From Candidatus Falkowbacteria bacterium (lineage in GTDB: Bacteria; Patescibacteriota; Patescibacteriia; Patescibacteriales; XYC2-FULL-47-12): a DNA stretch of 41,380 bases. The translations under genes were made by a program, and so were the position numbers. The notes beneath the pieces were generated by a model that saw nothing but the letters and a program-made list of their open reading frames with translations, did not search any database and was not told the origin of the DNA. The stretch is taken from positions 1-41,380 of the forward strand of contig JBDRNG010000005.1 in assembly GCA_043811275.1 (NCBI GenBank). Direction: 5' to 3'. The first letter of the stretch is position 1; each line of letters begins with the position of its first letter. This document shows positions 35,410 through 41,380 of this stretch, in pieces.

Positions 35410-35569
35410 AATTTTTCACCTCCTTTCCTCCTTATTTTACCAATGGCAATTATTTTTTAAGTAGCCACCATTGATAAAAAGATAAAATTTTTAAAATTAT
35501 ATAAAGTTTATTCTAAATTCAAATCAATATTAAATAATCATAGCAACAGTTTTAAACTTAAGTTTTACT

Positions 35570-35785
35570 CCTACCAATTACTAATCTTTTACCAATATAC
35601 TAAAATTCGTTGTCTTGTTGCCTAGAAATTCGTAATAGAAATTAGAAAAAAAAACGAATTTCTATTTTTTAATTTCTATTACTAATTTATAATTTCTAAA
35701 CAACGAATTTCTAAAATTGGTATATTAGCCTGCCCGACTGACGCTGTCAGTGGACGGGCGGGTATGTGATTCGTAATTGGTAGGG
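35570..35785. repeat. MITE-like inverted-repeat element with a GC-rich internal hairpin
   Basis: cctaccaattac...gtaattggtaggg. The inner arms are accaatatactaaaattcgttg / caacgaatttctaaaattggtatatt. The hairpin cctgcccgactgac...gtcagtggacgggcggg resembles the one at 21170-21206. Confidence 0.7.
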
Positions 35786-36139
35786 AAATAAAGTTTGTTT
35801 ATATAACTTACTCTTTATTAATATTAGAATGAATTTAAAAATTTTTTATGTGAGTCCTATCTATTTTTATTATAAAGTATTTTTTTTGTTTTAACAATAC
35901 ATTGTTTAGAAAAAATAAAATTAGAAAAAATAAAATAAATTTATTTTTAAAATTTTATTGTCTGAATTTGTCACAATCGTTCTGTAATTCTCTAAGAAAA
36001 ATTTAAAAAGCAATTCGTTAAATTATTTTTATAGCATAATAAGAACGGGAATGATAATTATAATTTTTTTATAACATGATATAAAATAAAGTAATTTATT
36101 GAATATTAGCCAATAAATAGGGCATTATAACAGTAGTTG

Positions 36140-36168
36140 TTGACAAAAAAAATTTATTATGCTAAGAT
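36140..36168 (+). promoter_or_regulatory. Consensus-like sigma70 promoter driving the candidate ncRNA
   Basis: TTGACA, 17-nt spacer, TAAGAT. Confidence 0.55.
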
Positions 36169-36175
36169 ACTATAT

Positions 36176-36307
36176 TACCTTAACTAAAGCTGATTTAAGC
36201 GGGCCAGGCACGACAAGCATGGGGATTTTACCGCCGATTATTTTTGGTTTCGACTCGAAATTTTCGATGGAAAAATTTTCTGCCTGCCCGCTCAAGTCAG
36301 TTTTTTT
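36176..36307 (+). ncRNA. Candidate structured small RNA of unknown class (about 130 nt)
   Basis: A closing stem of about 20 bp forms between ctgatttaagcgggccaggca (36190-36210) and tgcctgcccgctcaagtcag (36281-36300), followed by a run of seven T. There is no ORF and no downstream same-strand gene. Confidence 0.45.
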
Positions 36308-36363
36308 ATTTTATAAAATTTTTTGTTAAAGAATAAAAAAGTTATCCACTATTTTGTTATCCT

Positions 36364-36421
36364 GTCATTGCGAAACGTAGTCCCGCCTCGCGCGAGAGGC
36401 GGGACTACGTTTCGCAATGAC
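36364..36421. repeat. Perfect 26-bp-stem hairpin (gtcattgcgaaacgtagtcccgcctc / gaggcgggactacgtttcgcaatgac)
   Basis: Read directly. It belongs to the gtcat...atgac-ended repeat style seen at 21075, 2251 and 23655. Confidence 0.8.
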
Positions 36422-36469
36422 AATAAGAAAGAAATAAAAAGTAAAAATTTTGTAATTTAAAGTAATTAA

Positions 36470-38449
36470 TTATTCAGCCAGAATTTTTTCAATTTCTTCT
36501 GCTAGTACTGGCGTGGAAGTTGCTTTGCCAACCAAACAAACTTCTTGCCATGGGCGGTAGTGGCTGTAAAATGTTTCTTCTTTTACTTCTCCGTCAGGAT
36601 ATTCAACTTTATAATAAAAATTAGCATCGGCTCCGTTATGCGCTTGTTCGGTGCATTTTTTTTCTCTGGGAACAAGCTCATCTGTTTCAATTAGTTTAGT
36701 TGGCGGTGGTTGAGTAATATTATAGATATTTGGTTTGCCTATAATTATTTTTCGTTGATCATTAGTTCCCCAAAAATCAAAATATAAATTACTGCCTTCA
36801 ATTCTTCTTTGAATTAAAATATAATTATTAGTATCATTTTTAAATTTAAAATCCGGCGCTGGGTCATAAATAGTAGCGTCAGTACCGGCTGGTTCATAGT
36901 AACTGACGCGGTAAGAATGATTGCGCCGTTCAGTAATAGGCAATCCTGTTTCAAGGCTGGCGCGAAAAACAGTAGTTCCTATTTGGCAAAGTCCGCCACC
37001 ATATTCAGGAATTGTTTCATCGCCTTTAATTACTAATTCAGGTAAGTAGCCAGTAGAAGCATTTATTACTCCTAATGTTTTAATTAAAGAAAATTCTTCT
37101 CCTGGTGCAATCAATGTGCCATGTACTGCCATTGCTCCAGTAGCTATATTATGGCGTCGATTATGGGGAGAGCCGGCAAAGCTAGAATAGCCGGTGCCGA
37201 TTAATTCTATAATGCCCAAGTTATTAACATTTTCATTAGTAATTTCGCTAGCCACTTCTTCAACTATCAACTCAATAGCTAAAGGACTAACGCTCATTTT
37301 TTCAGTGGTTGATAAAGCGACTGCAGTTAAAGTTTTTTCAATTTTTTCCGCGCTGGCAGAGACATTAAGTTTTTGTCCGGAACGACTTGATTTAAATTCA
37401 CTAACCTTTTTGCCGTTAATAGTAAATTTAGCGTTAATCGGCTTTTGATCAATATCAGAGCTGGCTTTAGTAGCCAGTAATTGTTCAAGAGCGTTTAAGT
37501 TAAGACCGATGGCAACCTGAGAATTTTTATCCTTTTTTAGTTTTAAGAGAAAAGTGAAGAATTGTTTCCCCTCAGATATTTTTTTGGCAGTTATTAATGA
37601 AGCCAGCTCTGTTTGATTGATGCCCCATTTTTTTTTCTGAGCTGATATATCGTCGGCTATATACAAAGTCAGAGGGGCTAAAGTTAACATATTCTGCGTT
37701 TGTTTTATAACAAGTTGAAGCTGATCATTATAAATATTGGGATAGTCAGTTTTTAAGCTAATATTAATTGGTTCAGTGTTTAAATTAGCAAGCCGATTTT
37801 TAATTTTAGTAATAATTTCTTCATAATCAAAAACACTTCCGTATTGTTCATGGCTAATATCAATTTTTTCATTAGCAAAAAAAATAGTAGCGTCTTTAGC
37901 AGTTGTTTCATATTGGTTAAAATGTTGGATCAGTAATTTTTTTACTTCTGCTTCATTAACATAATAATCAGCTTTGTAATCTGGAGAAAAAATAAACAAA
38001 GTCAGCTGTTGCTGTATTTTAGTAAACCAGTTTCCTTGGCGACCGATTTGAAATAAATCATGCAAGGCATTATCAGTATTAATAGAAAATAAATCAAATG
38101 ATATGTCTGGATTTGTAGTTAGGGGAGAGGGAATTAAAATAAAAGCTTCATCATTATAAACAATAGTTAAGCCATCCTTAAGAATGCTGTCAATTTTTTT
38201 CCCAGCAATGGAGCGCGCTTCTTCAGCTGTTTTTGCTCTTAAGGAAGTATTAGTTAAAGTGGCTCCAGGGAAATATGTATAAGCGTATGCTTTTTGATAA
38301 ACAAATACTAAACAAATTACCAACAGGCTGGAAATAAAAAAAATAGCTAATCCATTAGACAGCCATTTTGGTATAAAAAATTCAGGCATTTTTATTTTTG
38401 CCTGTTTTTTAATGCTTTTAATTATTTTGTTCTTTATTTTTTTTAACAC
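36470..38449 (-). CDS. VanW-family protein with an N-terminal membrane anchor
   Basis: GGGLCQIGTTVFRASLETGLPITERRNHSYRVSYYEPAGTDATIY..DFKFKNDT. Confidence 0.85.
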   Translation of the reverse strand: MLKKIKNKIIKSIKKQAKIKMPEFFIPKWLSNGLAIFFISSLLVICLVFVYQKAYAYTYFPGATLTNTSLRAKTAEEARSIAGKKIDSILKDGLTIVYNDEAFILIPSPLTTNPDISFDLFSINTDNALHDLFQIGRQGNWFTKIQQQLTLFIFSPDYKADYYVNEAEVKKLLIQHFNQYETTAKDATIFFANEKIDISHEQYGSVFDYEEIITKIKNRLANLNTEPINISLKTDYPNIYNDQLQLVIKQTQNMLTLAPLTLYIADDISAQKKKWGINQTELASLITAKKISEGKQFFTFLLKLKKDKNSQVAIGLNLNALEQLLATKASSDIDQKPINAKFTINGKKVSEFKSSRSGQKLNVSASAEKIEKTLTAVALSTTEKMSVSPLAIELIVEEVASEITNENVNNLGIIELIGTGYSSFAGSPHNRRHNIATGAMAVHGTLIAPGEEFSLIKTLGVINASTGYLPELVIKGDETIPEYGGGLCQIGTTVFRASLETGLPITERRNHSYRVSYYEPAGTDATIYDPAPDFKFKNDTNNYILIQRRIEGSNLYFDFWGTNDQRKIIIGKPNIYNITQPPPTKLIETDELVPREKKCTEQAHNGADANFYYKVEYPDGEVKEETFYSHYRPWQEVCLVGKATSTPVLAEEIEKILAE

Positions 38450-38454
38450 AATTG

Positions 38455-38673
38455 CTATGAATCATTTGCTAGTATTTCATTTAATAGATGTTTAGCGAGT
38501 TCTTTTTGAAAATTTGTTTTATCTTTTTGAACGCGAGTGGCAATATTAATAACATCGCCTTCTTTAACTTCAGTTGGCAATAATGCTAACGGTAATGTAT
38601 AGTTTTTATTTTCATGAACAATTACTGCCTGATCCTCCTCAATTCTATCAATAGTCGCTGTAAATATATTCAT
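38455..38673 (-). CDS. DUF3006-like small protein
   Basis: ATIDRIEEDQAVIV.....YTLPLALLPTEVKEGDVINI pattern. Confidence 0.55.
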   Translation of the reverse strand: MNIFTATIDRIEEDQAVIVHENKNYTLPLALLPTEVKEGDVINIATRVQKDKTNFQKELAKHLLNEILANDS

Positions 38674-38674
38674 A

Positions 38675-39118
38675 TTAATTTTTTACTTTTACCGAAATTT
38701 GTTTTTCAGTCTGCGCTTTAGGCAAGGTAACAGTTAAAATTCCATTTTCAATAGTAGCATCAATTTTATCAGTTTTTACTTCAACTGGTAAAATAATAGA
38801 GCGAGAAAAATTTCCCCAGTAACATTCCTGGTAAAAGTAGCTATCTTCTTTTACTTCTTCTTTCATTTCGCGTTTACCGCGGATAGTCAACATGTCATTG
38901 TTTACAGAAATATCAATATCCTCGGATTTAACGCCGGCAATAGTAGATTTAACAATAATATTATCTTTTGTTTGGTAGACATCAATCGATAACTGTCCTT
39001 CTTCATAATCATCAGCTAGCCAATTTTCTTCTGACATTTCTTTTTTAGCTTCTGTGTCATTATGAACATCTACTTCTTTTTTTTGATTGAGTCCAGATAA
39101 GTTAGTAAAAAACCCCAT
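38675..39118 (-). CDS. Hsp20/alpha-crystallin small heat-shock protein
   Basis: DVYQTKDNIIVKSTIAGVKSEDIDISV..DMLTIRGKR...F.RSI.LP..V....I.A...NGILTVTLPK. Confidence 0.9.
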   Translation of the reverse strand: MGFFTNLSGLNQKKEVDVHNDTEAKKEMSEENWLADDYEEGQLSIDVYQTKDNIIVKSTIAGVKSEDIDISVNNDMLTIRGKREMKEEVKEDSYFYQECYWGNFSRSIILPVEVKTDKIDATIENGILTVTLPKAQTEKQISVKVKN

Positions 39119-39266
39119 AAGTGTAAGTGTGATGCTAATCCGCGAACAAGATGTGATGCTTCCACCTTCGCTAAAGCTACGGTGGATAAAAATCTGCGAA
39201 TTGCGAATAAATATTAACTATTTTTATTATACAAATTTTTAAGAAAACAAGCAAGAGAAAATAAAA

Positions 39267-39288
39267 ACGAACACCCGTAAGTGTTCGT
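39267..39288 (-). terminator. Intrinsic terminator after the GIY-YIG gene
   Basis: acgaacac-ccgtaa-gtgttcgt, with a T-rich run on the minus strand. Confidence 0.6.
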
Positions 39289-39300
39289 GAATTTTTGCAT

Positions 39301-39528
39301 TTAGAAAAAGTTCTTTCTTTGTTTTTTAAGAAATTTTTCTCTATTCATAGCCTCTGCTCTAGTTGTATATTGTTCATTATATACAATTTTCCATTCGCCA
39401 CTATATTTTGCAGTATAAGTTGATAATTTATTATTATGTTCAAATAATCTTTTATCTAAATTATAAGTTTGACCAATATAAAATTTGTCATGTTCAGCGT
39501 TATATAAAATATAAACGTAGAATTGCAT
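39301..39528 (-). CDS. GIY-YIG nuclease-family small protein (UPF0213/YhbQ-like)
   Basis: FYVYILYN....FYIGQTYNLDKRLFEHN and the REKFLKK tail. Confidence 0.8.
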   Translation of the reverse strand: MQFYVYILYNAEHDKFYIGQTYNLDKRLFEHNNKLSTYTAKYSGEWKIVYNEQYTTRAEAMNREKFLKKQRKNFF

Positions 39529-39529
39529 G

Positions 39530-39603
39530 TGGGTATACCCTGACTCGAACAGGGGACCTCTACGATGTCAACGTAGCACTCTAACCAACTGAGCTATATA
39601 CCC
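39530..39603 (-). tRNA. tRNA-Val (anticodon GAC), CCA not encoded
   Basis: Reverse complement GGGTATA-TA-GCTC-AGTTGGTTA-GAGT-G-CTACG-TTGACAT-CGTAG-AGGTC-CCCTG-TTCGAGT-CAGGG-TATACCC-A folds as a canonical cloverleaf. Confidence 0.9.
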
Positions 39604-39610
39604 TAAATAT

Positions 39611-39662
39611 TACGATGTCAATCCCGAGTACTCGGGACTCTAACCAACTGAGCTATATGCCC
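39611..39662 (-). pseudogene. 5-prime-half tRNA-Val pseudo-copy in which a 16-nt hairpin replaces part of the anticodon stem
   Basis: The reverse complement is GGGCATATAGCTCAGTTGGTTAGAG-[tcccgagtactcggga]-TTGACATCGTA. There is no matching T-arm or 3-prime acceptor strand. Confidence 0.65.
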
Positions 39663-39700
39663 TTTTTCAATTACTAATTTTCAAAATAATTTTATTATTA

Positions 39701-39800
39701 TAGAACACAGATCTAATGGATATAACGGATACACACGGATTAATAAAATAGATAAAACAAATCTGTTCTAATCCGTCTAATCTATCCAATCCGTGTTCTA
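39701..39800. repeat. Inverted-repeat element (tagaacacagat...ggattaat / atctgttctaatcc...aatccgtgttcta)
   Basis: Read directly. Confidence 0.55.
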
Positions 39801-39909
39801 TTTTTATTTGAACTTTTACTTCTTCAATTAGAAAAATTTTTGACTTTCCATTTTTTAAACAATTAACTTCAATTAATTCGCTATTTTAAACTTATAATTC
39901 CATTATATC

Positions 39910-41082
39910 CTACAAAGCCAACTTACTCAATTTACTTTTAAGGTGCTCTACAATTTTTGTTTCAAATTCAACTAAGGGTTTATCAGAAGTAATAATAGTA
40001 TGATTTTTTGAACTTGTTTGGGTGGTTAAATTATTTTCTTTAAATTCTCGCATTAAATTACGAACGTCAATATTTTTAAAAGTGTAAATTTGCGCTGTAC
40101 TTTTATGATTATCGCCGCCAGTAAAAAGAGCAATAACTTCTGCTTCAGGCACATTAACTATTAGTTCTTCAATAACATTATCAATATCATCAGGCTGGCT
40201 GTTAGTTTTAGAAAAATCGGTTTCATTTAATGATGACCAGACAAAGCGTCCGTCTGAAGTTTGTTGCAACTTAGCCAGCACGCGCCCCCAAAGTTTTAAG
40301 GTGTTAATATTTCGGCTTTGGTAAAGATGATGGATAATTTCTTCACGACGCGCTCCTAGATTAACTAAGTCACTGGCAATAGTTAAGCTATTAGGAGTTA
40401 GCGATCCGATTTTAAAACTTTTACTTTCAGTAATAATGCCGGTTAATAAACAAGTGGCTATATCTGAATTAATTATTTCTGCCGAGTGATTATGTAAAAG
40501 TGAAAATAAAATTTCCGCGGTAGCTAAAGCGGTGATTTGCACATAGTTAATTTGTCCAAATTCCTCGTTATGAGGATGATGGTCAATATTAATGACAGGA
40601 GTGTTATAAAAAAATTCAGTATTATGACTGTAAATTCCATTTAGTAATTCTAGATCTGGTGTCGCTAGAATAATAATAAGATCATAGTCATCCCCGACCA
40701 TTCCTAAGCTAACATCTTCCGGTGTAAATTGCCCTTCTTGCGGTGTAATCATAAAATCCAATTTATTACCATTGGCCTCATAACTAATATCTGTAGCCGA
40801 TGTCTTAGAAGTATCTAAAGAAATAATAAATTGTTTAGCGGTGATTAATTTTGGTTGAACTACAGAGACACTAGGCAAGAAAGAGAATAATTTTGGTTTT
40901 TGAAAATTAGCATTAATGATACTTACATTTTTATCTAATTTTTTTAAAAATAAATACAAAGCCAGCGCGGAAGATATTGCATCTCCGTCATAATCTTCCT
41001 TAAAAGTAATAAGAATATTATTAGCTTTTTCTATTTGATCAAAGATTTGTTGTTCGTCTGTTAACATAAAATAAATTATCAA
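39910..41082 (-). CDS. DHH/DHHA1-family phosphoesterase (NrnA-like); the true start may be the ATG at 41067
   Basis: DGDAISSALAL, NIDHHPHN and a C-terminal DHHA1-like region. Confidence 0.8.
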   Translation of the reverse strand: MIIYFMLTDEQQIFDQIEKANNILITFKEDYDGDAISSALALYLFLKKLDKNVSIINANFQKPKLFSFLPSVSVVQPKLITAKQFIISLDTSKTSATDISYEANGNKLDFMITPQEGQFTPEDVSLGMVGDDYDLIIILATPDLELLNGIYSHNTEFFYNTPVINIDHHPHNEEFGQINYVQITALATAEILFSLLHNHSAEIINSDIATCLLTGIITESKSFKIGSLTPNSLTIASDLVNLGARREEIIHHLYQSRNINTLKLWGRVLAKLQQTSDGRFVWSSLNETDFSKTNSQPDDIDNVIEELIVNVPEAEVIALFTGGDNHKSTAQIYTFKNIDVRNLMREFKENNLTTQTSSKNHTIITSDKPLVEFETKIVEHLKSKLSKLAL

Positions 41083-41089
41083 TTTTCAA

Positions 41090-41235
41090 TTTTGCAATTT
41101 TCATTCAATTTACAATTACCAATGTTCAATTTCTGCCTATTAACAGATTTAATAAATGCGCCAATAGCAGGATATTTGAAAATTAGAATATTGAAAATTG
41201 ATTATAAATTGATCATTGTGAATTGAAAATTAACA
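41090..41235. repeat. AT-rich inverted repeat of family B (ttttcaatt / aattgaaaa motifs)
   Basis: The arm ttttcaattttgcaattttcattcaatttacaatt pairs with gaaaattgattataaattgatcattgtgaattgaaaatt. The same motif style occurs in frame at 21660-21725 and 22285-22350. Confidence 0.6.
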
Positions 41236-41315
41236 TGTAAATTGTAAGATATAATAGCGTTGTTTACAATTTTGCATTATGCTAAAAGCATAATTCAATA
41301 ACAGTAAACAACAAT

Positions 41316-41380
41316 ATGATGATTCACAAAAGAACAAAGTTAACGCCGATTCAAAGAAAACAGTTATCTAATGATTACTA
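41316..41380 (+). CDS. Start of an ORF running off the window, with an N-terminus reminiscent of IS481-family transposases
   Basis: MMIHKRTKLTPIQRKQLSNDY compared with the IS481-type pattern HKNARLTP.GR. Only 21 codons are visible. Confidence 0.3.
   Translation, partial: MMIHKRTKLTPIQRKQLSNDY

Noticed and set aside
35195-35464. 89-aa F/L-rich ORF on the plus strand
   Set aside because: It is the mirror frame of the H1-like basic repeat gene. The minus-strand reading has a strong SD and terminator, whereas the plus-strand ORF starts with GTG inside the terminator hairpin.
36176-36307. Assigning the candidate ncRNA to SRP (4.5S), tmRNA, 6S or a riboswitch
   Set aside because: I could not find the SRP domain IV motifs (GGAA tetraloop with AGCA/GCAGC loops). 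The GGGG...GGUUUCGAC resemblance to a tmRNA 5-prime end has the wrong spacing and no T-arm or CCA end. The RNA is too short for 6S or RNase P, and no downstream gene exists for a riboswitch.
36342-36350. DnaA-box-like 9-mers (ttatccact at 36342-36350; tttatccac on the reverse strand at 39182-39190) as a hint of oriC in the AT-rich 35.4-36.5 kb desert
   Set aside because: There are only two isolated imperfect boxes, 2.8 kb apart, with no cluster and no dnaA or dnaN nearby.
39119-39300. A CIRCE-type heat-shock operator upstream of hsp20
   Set aside because: No TTAGCACTC-N9-GAGTGCTAA-like inverted repeat was found. The region instead holds the ttcgctaaagctac hairpin repeat.

Overview
This is a 41.4-kb AT-rich, gene-dense bacterial chromosome segment. 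By inference only, it resembles a Candidate Phyla Radiation / Patescibacteria-type genome: compact housekeeping genes, a 23S-5S operon with no adjacent 16S, interrupted rRNA, a GspE/PilB ATPase and many tiny hypothetical ORFs. Recognisable genes are tsaD, trmD, a KH-domain protein, rpsP, rpsA, ftsH, a PilB-like ATPase, a translin-like protein, a metallophosphoesterase, efp, rpsF-ssb-rpsR, a UPF0020/Trm11-like methyltransferase, ruvB, rpmF, nusB, rnc, 23S and 5S rRNA, prs, an EndoQ-like PHP nuclease, a histone-H1-like basic repeat protein, VanW, a DUF3006-like protein, Hsp20, a GIY-YIG protein, tRNA-Val(GAC) and a DHH phosphoesterase. Accessory content comprises one complete and one partial IS5-family element, a phage-like AbrB/AntA/PD-(D/E)XK module and an orphan radical SAM gene. 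The main unusual signal is pervasive colonisation of essential genes by short hairpin or repeat elements. (1) The 23S gene is about 4.26 kb. It carries six long hairpin insertions at surface helices, including the classical helix-25 and helix-45 IVS sites and the L1-stalk region. It also carries a 412-nt ORF-less group I intron, with clear R and S core elements, at the I-CreI-type site, and rnc and nusB lie immediately upstream. (2) Several repeat families sit in frame inside protein genes (tsaD, trmD, rpsP, rpsA, the methyltransferase, EndoQ, the PD-(D/E)XK nuclease). (3) Other items are a promoter-plus-terminator-delimited structured RNA candidate of unknown class, and a tRNA-Val with an upstream 5-prime-half pseudo-copy and an abutting GIY-YIG gene. 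No CRISPR array was seen. All calls come from reading the sequence and the ORF track, with no database search.
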